Source of the DNA: Dehalococcoidia bacterium
GTDB lineage: Bacteria > Chloroflexota > Dehalococcoidia > Plut-88900
DNA: 64,000 bases
Reading direction: 5' to 3'
NCBI GenBank assembly: GCA_965197645.1
Contig: OZ240219.1
Location: forward strand, 2,560,001 to 2,624,000
Shown here: positions 19,197 to 28,774 of the stretch, piece after piece
Layout of the letters: every line of letters starts with the position of its first letter
How positions within the stretch are numbered: position 1 is the stretch's first letter
The notes under the pieces: generated by a model
What the model saw: only the letters and a program-made list of their open reading frames with translations
Told to the model about the DNA's origin: nothing
Databases searched by the model: none
Position numbers and translations under genes: made by a program

Positions 19197-20354
19197 ATTC
19201 CAATCCCACCCCCCTCCCCCAATACCGAGCTTATCACCGACACTCGTTCCCTCTCCGCAGCCGTCGATGCACTCCTCAAAGTCAACTGCGTAGCCATCGA
19301 CACCGAGTCCGACGGCTTCTTCCGATATCCGGAGAAGGTCTGCCTTGTTCAGCTTGCCTCCCGCGACAAGACGTATCTCGTCGATCCCTTGGCCTTCGAG
19401 GACATGGCTCCCCTCAATAGACTTCTGGAGAACCGGCGTGTCGAAAAGGTCCTCCACAGCGCCGACAACGACATCCGTGTCCTGGACCGCCAGTGGGGCA
19501 ACCGGGTCGTCAACGTCTTCGACACCGCTATAGGAGGCCAGTTCCTCGGCTCTCAGCGTCTGGGCCTAGGAGTGCTGATGGAGGAGTATCTGGGCGTAAC
19601 CCTGGACAAGAGCAAAAAGCTCCAGCGGGCCGATTGGAGCCTTCGACCACTCTCGGAAGCCGCGGCATCCTACGCAGCCAACGACGTCTATCACCTGGTG
19701 GACCTTCGAGACGTACTGGTACGGCGATTGCAGGGGTTGGAAAGGTCCGAATGGGTAGCCGAGGAGTGCCTGCGCCTCGAGGCGCTGCGGTACATACCTC
19801 CGGGGCCGGTGGAGGACTCCTTCGCATCCATCAAGGGGAGCTTTGCACTGGACGGCCCCGGCCTGGCCATCCTGCGGGAGCTGGTACTGTTTCGAGAACA
19901 GGTAGCTCTACACCGAGGGCGTCCACCATTTCGGGTCCTATCCAACGCTGCCCTCCTAGCCATCTCCGCCGATCCCTCGGTAGAGCTATCCAAGGTGCCG
20001 GGCATAACGGACAACGTCCTGCAACGTCTCGGTCGACAGCTAAGGTCGGCGATACGCCGGGGAACGAAGGCGCCCCCTATCGTACATCCGTCGCGCCGCG
20101 GGCCCTTTCACCCTCGGCCGACGCGCGCTCAGCTCCGTCTCGCCGCAGACTTACGGTCCTGGCGGAACGAGCAGGGCGAACGGCTCTCGCTGGACAGTGC
20201 GCTGGTCTGGCCCGCGGCCAGCCTGGACCGTCTCGCTCGTGCCCCGGATACCCTCACCCAGGAGTTCGACTCCCCGGAGGTACGGCGATGGCAGGTCCGG
20301 GAGTTTGGCCACTCCCTACGGACCTATCTGTCCACGTTCCGGTCCGCCCCTTGA
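19197..20354 (+). CDS. rnd: Ribonuclease D (DEDDy 3'-5' exonuclease + HRDC); start codon uncertain
   Basis: In-frame region upstream of the listed ORF encodes AIDTESDGFFRYPEKVCLVQL (ExoI); KVLHSADND, FDT, QRADWSLRPLS, YAANDV, HRDC. Confidence 0.85.
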   Translation: MPIPPPSPNTELITDTRSLSAAVDALLKVNCVAIDTESDGFFRYPEKVCLVQLASRDKTYLVDPLAFEDMAPLNRLLENRRVEKVLHSADNDIRVLDRQWGNRVVNVFDTAIGGQFLGSQRLGLGVLMEEYLGVTLDKSKKLQRADWSLRPLSEAAASYAANDVYHLVDLRDVLVRRLQGLERSEWVAEECLRLEALRYIPPGPVEDSFASIKGSFALDGPGLAILRELVLFREQVALHRGRPPFRVLSNAALLAISADPSVELSKVPGITDNVLQRLGRQLRSAIRRGTKAPPIVHPSRRGPFHPRPTRAQLRLAADLRSWRNEQGERLSLDSALVWPAASLDRLARAPDTLTQEFDSPEVRRWQVREFGHSLRTYLSTFRSAP

Positions 20355-20839
20355 CCGGTAGACCAGGGGACTCTGACCTCCGCGGGCCGGTCACATTTGA
20401 CCTCCCGGCCGGAAGCCAGCTTTATCGTCGCCTGAACGTTCCACTTTAGAGTCCCATCCAGGGCATGGGGCGGGCGTCTAGACCTGATCGACAGCCTACC
20501 GCCGCACTCCAGGGTTTCTCCGGCGCCAATGTCGGTGTTCGCCAGAAGCTGGACGCTGCCTCGGACGTACCTCTTCCGATTCTTCTTGACCACGCGCTTG
20601 GTAGTGTGGAGGAATATGGGTCTGGAATCGGAAACGTTGAGCAACCCCATTCTCCCCGGCACCTCAACCGTGTCCAGCTCCGAGTATCGGACCTCGCAGA
20701 CCACTTCCGCGTAACCTCGGACCACCTGCACGTCTCGATTTGCCCGCAGCCGGGCCTTCACCTCGATCGTATCGCCGAGCTCGTAGGCTTGATCTTCGAA
20801 ATCGAGGCTAACTTCAACCGGTCGCAGCCAGCTTATCAT
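20324..20839 (-). CDS. Hypothetical beta-rich protein (SpoOM/arrestin-like Ig fold candidate)
   Basis: 171 aa; alternating beta-strand pattern (YELGDTIEVKARL...LKWNVQATI); 3' end overlaps rnd. Confidence 0.55.
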   Translation of the reverse strand: MISWLRPVEVSLDFEDQAYELGDTIEVKARLRANRDVQVVRGYAEVVCEVRYSELDTVEVPGRMGLLNVSDSRPIFLHTTKRVVKKNRKRYVRGSVQLLANTDIGAGETLECGGRLSIRSRRPPHALDGTLKWNVQATIKLASGREVKCDRPAEVRVPWSTGQGADRNVDR

Positions 20840-20897
20840 CGGACCTACTCGTTGGTGGACTCCAAAGACAACCGTATCGTAGCCGGAGGTGCGCCTC

Positions 20898-22361
20898 CTA
20901 CTCGAAGCCGGGAGGAGCCTGGAAGCCCCCGAACTCCTGGGCCACCAGCCCTGTGAACCGCATGCCCGTGTGGTCCTCCAGGTACGGCCCTATCGCCTGC
21001 AGGGACAGGGGTAACCCAGAGCTGTTGAGTCCTACCGGGAACGCGGTGCCGGGCATACCAGTGAAGTTGCACAGCGCCGGGTAGACCAGCCCCAGACCGT
21101 AGGGCACCTTCTTGCCGTTGATGTCGAAAGTACGCTCCTTGCGAGGCGACTCGTCGTGAGGGAAGGCGGGACCAAGGTGGTTCGGCGCCAGCAGCACATC
21201 CCAGTCCTTGAAGAACTCGGCGTAGGAGTGCCTGAACTCCTCCCGCCCATGAACAAGTTCCGATATGTCGTAGGGGTTAGCATTGATACCGCGTTCTGCA
21301 GCGTCGTCGAAGTCTTCGTAGCCGTGGGTCATCTCGTTGAACGCTATGCTTATCTTCCGCTCTTCCTCGGTGCTGCCGGTAGTAAACAGGCCGGTCAGCA
21401 TAGAAACATAGAGCTGGTGATGTCGACGCAGATCGCCGAACAGCTCTGGCTGGGCCTCCTTCACCGTGGCCCCGGCCTTGCTGAGCTTAGAGGCCAGCTC
21501 CTCGGAAGCGGCCATCGTCTCGTCGTCCACCTCCAGCCATGGGACCCGAGGCAGAATGGCAACTCTATAGTCGGCCAGGTTCTCATGCCTTGCCGGCGGG
21601 ATCTCCAGTTTCCAGGCCACGTCCTCGAGAGCCTCGGGCCCTGCGACCACGTCGAACGCCAATGCCAGGTCCTCCGCCGTCCGGGCCAGCGGCCCCTGGA
21701 CAGCCATCAGGCTGGAGGCGTCGGGCAGGTAGGACAAAGGGAACCCGCCGGACTTCGGTATCGCCGTTTCGCTGGGCCGGTGCCCATAGATGCCACAGAA
21801 GGCCGCCGGCACCCGCACAGAGCCTCCCAGGTCGTTGCCCCACTCGATGGGGGTCATTCCCGCAGCCACCGCGGCCGATCCACCGGTGCTTCCTCCCGGC
21901 GTTCGACCCAGATTGTACGGGTTGTTGGTGCGGCCGAAAAGGGGATTGTAGGCCTGCCAGTCCATCGCCATTACGGGCAGGTTGGTCTTAGCCATTATCA
22001 CCGCGCCCGCTTCCTTCACGCTGGTCACTATCGGCGCGTCCACCTCCGGGACGTAGTCGGCCCACGGCTCTACGCCGGCGGTGGCCACCAGCCCCTTTAC
22101 CAAGATGCAGTCCTTGATGGTCGTGGGCAGGCCCAGCATCGCTCCCTCATCGCCCCGGGCGAGGGCTTCATCGGCAGCCTTGGCCGTCTCGCGGGCGTTC
22201 TCATAGTCCTTGGTCACGATCACGTTGAGAGTGGGGTTGTACCGCTCGATGCGCTCCAAGTGCATCTCCAACAGCTCCGCCGCCGATATCTTCTTGCTGC
22301 GCAGCGCCTCGAGCATCGAAACTCCCGATGCGTACGGACTTACATCTGTAGTTGTCATCAC
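20898..22361 (-). CDS. Amidase signature family enzyme
   Basis: TIKD Lys, GGSTGGSAA, GNDLGGSVRVPA Ser-cisSer-Lys triad. Confidence 0.93.
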   Translation of the reverse strand: MMTTTDVSPYASGVSMLEALRSKKISAAELLEMHLERIERYNPTLNVIVTKDYENARETAKAADEALARGDEGAMLGLPTTIKDCILVKGLVATAGVEPWADYVPEVDAPIVTSVKEAGAVIMAKTNLPVMAMDWQAYNPLFGRTNNPYNLGRTPGGSTGGSAAVAAGMTPIEWGNDLGGSVRVPAAFCGIYGHRPSETAIPKSGGFPLSYLPDASSLMAVQGPLARTAEDLALAFDVVAGPEALEDVAWKLEIPPARHENLADYRVAILPRVPWLEVDDETMAASEELASKLSKAGATVKEAQPELFGDLRRHHQLYVSMLTGLFTTGSTEEERKISIAFNEMTHGYEDFDDAAERGINANPYDISELVHGREEFRHSYAEFFKDWDVLLAPNHLGPAFPHDESPRKERTFDINGKKVPYGLGLVYPALCNFTGMPGTAFPVGLNSSGLPLSLQAIGPYLEDHTGMRFTGLVAQEFGGFQAPPGFE

Positions 22362-22377
22362 ATCCTCCTTGCCTTGA

Positions 22378-23262
22378 TTATAACCAGCTGCCCGCCTTCG
22401 ATGGTTCCGGCAGCTCTCCTCTGAACTCCTCGTATAAAACTTCTACGTTCGTCAGCAATCTCTCGTCCCGCTCAGTCCAGTACTGGAACTCACCCAGCTT
22501 TACCGAGGCGGCCGCCTCCTTTACCCCCACTCCCTTTCGAAACTGTCTTCTACACTCTCGTCTAACCAGGCCCAGGTATCGCACGGTTTTGGCGATGATA
22601 TCTTTGTCTCCCACCGGGCCGTGAGCCGGCACCACTACCTCCGCGTCCAGCCGATCGATCAATCGCCTGCCCACCCTGAGCCAGCGGCCCACGTGTCCGT
22701 CCCTGGCCAACGGCGTCAGGTAGTGGAAAGCAACGTCGCCGGTGAACAGTATCTTCTCGTCAGGGAGGTATACCAGCGTGTCACCGTAGGTGTGGGCGGG
22801 ACCGGGATGGATCAGCTCGATCACCCTGTCCTCGAAGTGGACGACCATCCTGTCCTGATAGGTAATTGCGGCCGGGGTCAGCTTAACGGTGGGCCAGTCA
22901 TCCTCGTACTGGGGCCATATCTTGGACAGTTGCCCAACGTCGGCTCCCCTCTCCACCAGCGCGTCCCGACACTTCTGATGAGAGATGATCTGCGCCGGCA
23001 GGAAATACTGGTTGCCGAAGGAGTGGTCCAGATGGTGATGGGTATTTACTAAGTACCTTACCGGCTTCGCTGTGACCCTTCGCATCGCTTCCAGGTAGGG
23101 CTTCACGATACTCCCCACCATCATCGAGTCGATTACGAACACGCCTTCTTCGCCCACTATGAACCCGGAGTTGCAGATGTCCCACCGGGCCTCTGCGTGG
23201 ACGTATGCGTAGACGTTTTCAGCCACCTCGTGGATGCCGGGCTCCCACGTGGGCAACGACAT
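22378..23262 (-). CDS. MBL-fold metallo-hydrolase (cyclase-like)
   Basis: NTHHHLDHSFGN, AHTYGD, TGD, PAHG; start MSLPTW after AGGAGA. Confidence 0.9.
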   Translation of the reverse strand: MSLPTWEPGIHEVAENVYAYVHAEARWDICNSGFIVGEEGVFVIDSMMVGSIVKPYLEAMRRVTAKPVRYLVNTHHHLDHSFGNQYFLPAQIISHQKCRDALVERGADVGQLSKIWPQYEDDWPTVKLTPAAITYQDRMVVHFEDRVIELIHPGPAHTYGDTLVYLPDEKILFTGDVAFHYLTPLARDGHVGRWLRVGRRLIDRLDAEVVVPAHGPVGDKDIIAKTVRYLGLVRRECRRQFRKGVGVKEAAASVKLGEFQYWTERDERLLTNVEVLYEEFRGELPEPSKAGSWL

Positions 23263-23272
23263 TTTTCTCCTC

Positions 23273-24442
23273 CTAAAGGACTGCCAGCTCCAGGTCTCCC
23301 CCACTGAGTATCTCCAACCCGTTGCTAGTCAGGGCGTATGCTCCGCCGATCAGACACCCTAGCCCCGTTTCGGGGTCCCGGCCCGCTGTGTGCAGCACAA
23401 AGCTCATGGGTGGATGGAACACCTGCTTGGACTCCAGGGTGATGTCCAGCGACTCCAGCCAGGTCGGTGGGTAGGCGATAGCCACACCGTACCCGAACCT
23501 GGACCGTACCGACGGATCGGCGCCCCCCTTGATCAACGTGTCGATGGCCGCCTGCTCCGATTGGCATACCGGCGTGTTAGGCGTCACCGACTTGCTTCCC
23601 TCTCTAAGGGCTGCCAGGGCCAGGTCGTAGGTGCTCTTGAAGCTGGGTATCGCTTCTCCCACGGCTAAGGTCTGTATCGTCACGGCGTGATATCGGCGGT
23701 GCACCCCGGCGAACTCCAAGGCCACACTATCCCCTTTCTCGATCACCCGGTGATCGGGGGTCTTGTGCCCTCCCCGGCGGGGACCGCTGTTGATCCAGCA
23801 GGGCATGGCCGGATACTCGCTACCCGCTGCCCTCATGGCCGCCTCTATCTCACCGGCGACCTGGATCTCCGTTACTCCGGGCCGGATAACCTCCCGGGCT
23901 CGCTCCAGGCCCGCAGTGGCAAACCCGGCGGCCTTGCGAATGTACTTCATCTCTGCCTCGGACTTGATCAGCCTCAGGTCCTCCAGCATCTCCGATGCAT
24001 CCACCAGATGGGCCGGCTTCACCTTCTCCGCTATGTTGAAGGCATAAGCCCCCGTCAGTGCGTAGGACCTCAGGTCGGCGCCTATTCTCCTGGCGGTGGG
24101 CGCCTTCTCCTCGACCGCGCCGGCCACGAGCAATGCTGGGTCCTCGGCAACGTGCCTGTACAACCGTACATCTTTCACCCAGGCGCCTACCTCCGCCCGG
24201 CCCAGGTCCACGTCCCTGATGATCAGGGTAGGCTCGTCGTCCTCCGGCCCGAAAACCAAGGCCTGCATACTGAAATGGGTATGGGCATCGTAGCCGGCCA
24301 GGTAGTACAGCAGCTCCGGCCCGACGCAGATAGCGCAGTCCAGGTCCGCGGCCTTCAAACCCCTTCGGGCGCGCTGTAACCGCCCCCTATACTCGCTCTC
24401 CGGGAATGCGTGGTCTATCGGTTCCTGTCGGTAACCAGGCAT
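23273..24442 (-). CDS. M24/creatinase-fold hydrolase, ectoine hydrolase (DoeA/EutD)-like
   Basis: FPESEYRGR, RLIKSEAE, LEFAGVHRRYH, RFGYGVAIAYPPTW; the canonical prolidase metal ligands are absent. Confidence 0.75.
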   Translation of the reverse strand: MPGYRQEPIDHAFPESEYRGRLQRARRGLKAADLDCAICVGPELLYYLAGYDAHTHFSMQALVFGPEDDEPTLIIRDVDLGRAEVGAWVKDVRLYRHVAEDPALLVAGAVEEKAPTARRIGADLRSYALTGAYAFNIAEKVKPAHLVDASEMLEDLRLIKSEAEMKYIRKAAGFATAGLERAREVIRPGVTEIQVAGEIEAAMRAAGSEYPAMPCWINSGPRRGGHKTPDHRVIEKGDSVALEFAGVHRRYHAVTIQTLAVGEAIPSFKSTYDLALAALREGSKSVTPNTPVCQSEQAAIDTLIKGGADPSVRSRFGYGVAIAYPPTWLESLDITLESKQVFHPPMSFVLHTAGRDPETGLGCLIGGAYALTSNGLEILSGGDLELAVL

Positions 24443-24478
24443 AAAGCCCTCTGTGAATTTTCGGGATAGCGCGGGAGG

Positions 24479-24583
24479 ATTCTACCACCTTTCCCACCCT
24501 CGATGTTGCCGTAGTCCCGGACCGGGAGTAAGTCCGCTTTAGATCAACCGGAGATTTACATCTCTTCTTAGCAAGGGTAAGAT
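24479..24583. promoter_or_regulatory. Divergent promoters (M24 operon / TPP enzyme)
   Basis: Minus: extended -10 TGGTAGAAT (24479-24487); plus: TTTACA-N17-TAAGAT (24555-24583). Confidence 0.45.
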
Positions 24584-24630
24584 GGGCGGCAGATTCACTA
24601 AGTCCCCAACTCCACAGCGAGGAGACAGTC

Positions 24631-26268
24631 ATGGCCAAATTACTCGGATACCAATTGGTAGCTAAGACCCTCAAGGAGGAGGGCGTAGACACCCTCTTCT
24701 ATCTCATGGGCGGGCCCATCATAGACCTGGCCGGGGAGTGCGATAAGCTGGGCATCAAGACCGTTGATTTCCGTCACGAGCAGGCTGCAGCCTATGCCGC
24801 CCACGCCTACGCCAGGGTAACCGGCAAGCCCGGCGTCTGCACCGCCGCCTCCGGCCCCGGCACCCTCAATCTGCTGACGGGCGTCTACACCGCCTCCATC
24901 GACTGTGCTCCCATGCTGGTCTTGGGCGGCGCCGGACCGGTCCACGAGATCAGCCGGGGCGCGTTCCAGGAGGTAGACCAGGTAAACATCATGCGGCCCA
25001 TCTGCAAATACTGGCATCAGACCACCCAGGCCGCACGCTACCCGGAGATCGTGAGCACCGCCTACCGGCAGGCCACGTCCGGCCGGCCGGGCCCCGTCTA
25101 CATAGACTGTGCCGCCGACGTGCTATACGAGGAGGTCGAAGAAGAGGATGCGGTGCCGGCGACCCGGTACACCAAGCGCAGCCGCCCCTCAGCCGAGCCC
25201 GGTGCGGCCAAAGAGGCCGTGGATATGCTGGCCGCCGCTGAGCAGCCCATCGTCGTTGCCGGCGGCGGCGTGTTCTTCTCCGACGGCGCCGCCGAGTTGG
25301 AGCGCCTTGTCGACATAACCAACATCCCCTTCTACACCGCTCCCATGTCCCGGGGCCTCGTCCCCGAGGACCACGCCGTCTCCTTCCAGGGCGCACGCAG
25401 CACCGCCATGAAGAACGCCGACACGGTCCTGGTAGTCGGCAGCCGGCTCAACTGGATGTACCAGTATGGCGAGCGCTTCCGGGAGGACGCCAAGTTCATT
25501 CAGATCGATATCGAGGCTAGCGAGATCGGTCACAACAGGGATATCGACCTCGGCATCGTGGGAGACGCCAAGGCAGTCCTCGGCCAGCTGATAGAGGAGG
25601 CCGAGGCCCAGGAGTCCGCATTCTCCGGCTCGCTCGAATCGCCGTGGGTGCTCCGTCTCAAGGAGGACAACGAACGGCGGGCGGCCCGGATGGCCTCCAT
25701 GCTCAACTCCGGCCAGGCCCCCATCCACCCCCTCCGGCTGTGCAAAGAGATCCGTGACTTCCTACCCAGGGATGCTATCCTCAGCGTAGATGGCAACGAG
25801 ATCCTTCACTTCGGCCGCCAGTCCCTGCCCACCTACGTTCCCGGGCACCGGCTCAACTCCGGTGTGACCGGCACCATGGGCGTTGGCCTTCCCTACGGCA
25901 TCGGCGCCCAGGCCGGTAAGTCGGACAAGCCGGTGCTGGTCCTTCACGGGGACGGCTCCATGGGCATGAACGCCATGGAAGTGGATACCGCAGTACGACA
26001 CAACCTGCCGGTGGTTACCGTGGTGAGCAACAACGCCGGATGGACGGCTCGCAAGGACACACCGACACCCGGCAGAGAGCTGGGCTTCACCGCCTTCGAC
26101 GAGATGGCCCAGGCTCTCGACGCCTACGGTGAGAAGGTGGAGGACCCGGACGAGATCAAGCCTGCCCTGCAGAGAGCCTTCGATAGCGGCAAGGCGGCGG
26201 TCCTGAACGTTATCGTGGAGCCTACGGCCGCCGCTTCGTCTCCAGCGTGGAACTCGACGATGGAGTAA
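24631..26268 (+). CDS. TPP-dependent enzyme, 2-hydroxyacyl-CoA lyase / oxalyl-CoA decarboxylase family
   Basis: FRHEQAA, SGPG, GAFQEVDQ, RPGPVYID, RLNSGVTGTMGVG, GDGSMG...ME...NN TPP motif. Confidence 0.85.
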   Translation: MAKLLGYQLVAKTLKEEGVDTLFYLMGGPIIDLAGECDKLGIKTVDFRHEQAAAYAAHAYARVTGKPGVCTAASGPGTLNLLTGVYTASIDCAPMLVLGGAGPVHEISRGAFQEVDQVNIMRPICKYWHQTTQAARYPEIVSTAYRQATSGRPGPVYIDCAADVLYEEVEEEDAVPATRYTKRSRPSAEPGAAKEAVDMLAAAEQPIVVAGGGVFFSDGAAELERLVDITNIPFYTAPMSRGLVPEDHAVSFQGARSTAMKNADTVLVVGSRLNWMYQYGERFREDAKFIQIDIEASEIGHNRDIDLGIVGDAKAVLGQLIEEAEAQESAFSGSLESPWVLRLKEDNERRAARMASMLNSGQAPIHPLRLCKEIRDFLPRDAILSVDGNEILHFGRQSLPTYVPGHRLNSGVTGTMGVGLPYGIGAQAGKSDKPVLVLHGDGSMGMNAMEVDTAVRHNLPVVTVVSNNAGWTARKDTPTPGRELGFTAFDEMAQALDAYGEKVEDPDEIKPALQRAFDSGKAAVLNVIVEPTAAASSPAWNSTME

Positions 26269-26278
26269 GGGGTCCTGG

Positions 26279-27373
26279 CTAGTCCAGGTACTTGGCCAGC
26301 CGTTTGGGGAGGCGGTCCCTTCTCTCGAATCCGGTCCACTGGACGTTGGCCAGGTATTGAACCAGGAAGTCTCTTATGAGGCCGTTGACGCGCTTCATTC
26401 CCGTGCGCATCCCTTCCACGTCGCCGCCCATGATGATCGCCAGCGCTTCGGGCAGCACCGGATCGTTCAGCTCCCGTGCGAACACCCGTTCACCCTGGTC
26501 GAGTAGCTGGTTGAACACGGCCTCTTGGTCCGGCTGATGTGCGAGGGCATAGCGAAGGTGTTGCAGCCCGTACGCCAGGTGCCTCGACTTGTCTTGCAGG
26601 CATAGACCGAAGATCGCCTTTTCCGCCGGGTTGTGGGCAAAGGCCTCGCCGTAGCGATACAGGATCTGCGTATAGGTGCCCCGCAGCAGGTGCATGAACA
26701 GGCTCACGATGCTCCATCCGCCCCTCACCTCCAGGATGACCCGGTTCACGTCTCCCCTGCTCTCCAGCCCCAGGCCGCCCCCGTTGGCCAGCGCCCTCTT
26801 GCGGAACACCTCGAAGTGAATTCCCGCGTCCATCGCTTCCCGGGCCAGGTGCAGCTTCACCTCGTGATATCCGTAGGACATGTAGCGCAGCCACGAGCCG
26901 ATGGCTTCCTGCTCCACGTTGGCGTGATGACACAGCTCGGTGCAAAGCTGGCACATCGCTATCTCCACGTCTTCGGGAAGCGGCTCCAGCGTCTCCCACG
27001 GGATGTCGGTGGCCGAGGACCACCGGCGCTGTATCGCCTCCTCGTACAGCTCGCCGGCGTTGTCCGCCCACAGCTCGTGCTTGTCCTTGATGGTGATGTC
27101 CAAGGGAGGTACTCCCTTGGACGGGTATGAGCCGCGAGGCATCCGGGTCCGGTCGTCGTAGTGGTCGGGAATCTCTCCGTACACCCCCACGTTGAGTGCA
27201 TCCATGGTCAAGCCTTTCTTAGTCGGCTCGACCCGGGTGCCCCACTGGCGGGTGATATTCATCCACCCCAGGTCGGGAGGTGGGAGCTCCTCGTCACTGG
27301 TGTCTTTGACTTCGCGGAGGATCCTCTGGTGCCTAGTATCCGATTTGGATTTATCGGGCTTGGCGCGAGCCAT
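26279..27373 (-). CDS. Ferritin-fold protein with degenerate diiron site (putative structural beta subunit)
   Basis: Paralogue of the upstream gene (LYEEA.QR.WSSATDIPWET, VFRKRALANGGG) but with DAGIH and DKSRH instead of DExRH. Confidence 0.8.
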   Translation of the reverse strand: MARAKPDKSKSDTRHQRILREVKDTSDEELPPPDLGWMNITRQWGTRVEPTKKGLTMDALNVGVYGEIPDHYDDRTRMPRGSYPSKGVPPLDITIKDKHELWADNAGELYEEAIQRRWSSATDIPWETLEPLPEDVEIAMCQLCTELCHHANVEQEAIGSWLRYMSYGYHEVKLHLAREAMDAGIHFEVFRKRALANGGGLGLESRGDVNRVILEVRGGWSIVSLFMHLLRGTYTQILYRYGEAFAHNPAEKAIFGLCLQDKSRHLAYGLQHLRYALAHQPDQEAVFNQLLDQGERVFARELNDPVLPEALAIIMGGDVEGMRTGMKRVNGLIRDFLVQYLANVQWTGFERRDRLPKRLAKYLD

Positions 27374-27415
27374 TATGGACCTCCGTTACGGATAGGTTGG
27401 ACCGGGAAGTTGGGG

Positions 27416-28528
27416 CTAAGCCACCAGCTTCATCATCTCGGCGTTGGCCCGACCGTTGGTGAAGCGCTCCGAAAAGCCGGCGGAGTGGACTCGCTGCATG
27501 TACTCCTTGATCTGCCGGCGGCAGATGGCCATGGCCAGCTTGCGTCCCTCATCGATCTTGTCCTTGCCCCCGCCCAGCAGTATCGCCACGGCCTCGCCAC
27601 TGGCGATGTCATTTCCACCCGGATTGAGGGTAGACCTGGTCAGGAAGGACTCGCCTTCGTCCAGATAGGTGTGCAGCTCTTCCCGTCGTTCGGGCTGGGT
27701 CTCGCCGATGTAGCGCAGATGCATTACTCCGAAGGCTACGTGCCGAGACTCGTCCTGGGCGGCCAGCCGGTACATCCGTTTCTCCGCCTCGTTATAGGCC
27801 ATCAGCTCCCCGGTGCGGAACAGGGTCAGAACCGGACCCTCGCCCACGACATGCAGACGGGCCGACATCTCCGAGAAGTCCCGCGCCATATCGACGCTGA
27901 CCAAGTCTCCGCCCGCGTCCCCGCCGATGATCCGCTGCATGATGCCGCCGCCGTTGGCCAGCGCCCTCTTGCGGAACACGTCCAGGTGTCTCGCTTCGTC
28001 GCCCATCTGGGCCAGCAGGAACAGGCGGGGCTCGAAGTAGTCGGGTGTGGTCGCCGAGACCCATCGGCCGGGCACGTCGGCGGCCACGAACTCCACCTCG
28101 GTGAGGAAGGTGGCGAGCTGGCACTCCGCCCTTTCGATGTCGTCGGGCAGCGGTTTGATCGTCTCCCAGGGGATGTCCGTGGCCGAACTCCACTGGCGCT
28201 GCACCGCCTCCTCGTACAGGCTGCCGGCGTTCTGAAGCCAGATGTCCGTCTTGTTTCGTATGGAGTAGTAGCCTACCTGGAAAGCGCCCTCACGAGGCGT
28301 AGAACCCCGAACGCGGCCCGTCATGTTGTCGCTCGTGGCCGGGGTCTCGGCGTAAGAGCCGGCCTCCACGTCATCCAGGGTGAGACCCCGCTTGCCCGGC
28401 TTGGCCTTCATTCCCCACTCGCCCCGCTTGTCCATCCAGCCCAGGTCGGGCTCATAGTCCTCGTTGTAGAAGTTTTCCGGGCTGTTGTCTTCAACCCTCA
28501 GCGCCAAGGCTACTGATCTCTCACTCAT
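27416..28528 (-). CDS. Ferritin-fold diiron protein with intact ligands (putative catalytic alpha subunit)
   Basis: Start MSERSV after AAGGAG; TEVE, DEARH, VGEG, DESRH. Confidence 0.85.
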   Translation of the reverse strand: MSERSVALALRVEDNSPENFYNEDYEPDLGWMDKRGEWGMKAKPGKRGLTLDDVEAGSYAETPATSDNMTGRVRGSTPREGAFQVGYYSIRNKTDIWLQNAGSLYEEAVQRQWSSATDIPWETIKPLPDDIERAECQLATFLTEVEFVAADVPGRWVSATTPDYFEPRLFLLAQMGDEARHLDVFRKRALANGGGIMQRIIGGDAGGDLVSVDMARDFSEMSARLHVVGEGPVLTLFRTGELMAYNEAEKRMYRLAAQDESRHVAFGVMHLRYIGETQPERREELHTYLDEGESFLTRSTLNPGGNDIASGEAVAILLGGGKDKIDEGRKLAMAICRRQIKEYMQRVHSAGFSERFTNGRANAEMMKLVA

Positions 28529-28570
28529 GGGGACACTCCTTGTTCTTGAGCCTGAATATCGCCTATCGGA

Positions 28571-28599
28571 AGTGTACTTTCCCTCGCATATTGTGTCAA
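28571..28599 (-). promoter_or_regulatory. Near-consensus sigma70 promoter for the ferritin-fold pair
   Basis: Minus strand TTGACA-N17-TACACT. Confidence 0.7.
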
Positions 28600-28774
28600 C
28601 AAGAATACGCTCGAGGATGTCCTTCACTTTGCTGTTTTGCGACCGGTCTCCCCATACCCACGTTTTCAAATGCGTCCCGTGGGTGTAGAATAATTTCTCG
28701 CACCTCATATCCGATAGCAAGAAGTAGGACCCAGGACAGGGACGCAGGAGCTAGTATCGAACGGAGGGAAGCAG

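Noticed and set aside
27161-28516. 451-aa plus-strand ORF, and similar long antisense ORFs (21156..22424, 44163..45539, 50962..52059, 48826..49818, 62512..63417)
   Set aside because: They mirror well-supported genes on the opposite strand; long antisense frames are expected with GC-rich codon bias and they contain no recognisable motifs
26279-28528. Ribonucleotide reductase R2, methane monooxygenase or paaAC call
   Set aside because: No R1, coupling protein, reductase or paaBDE genes nearby, and no family-specific sequence recognised beyond the DExRH motifs
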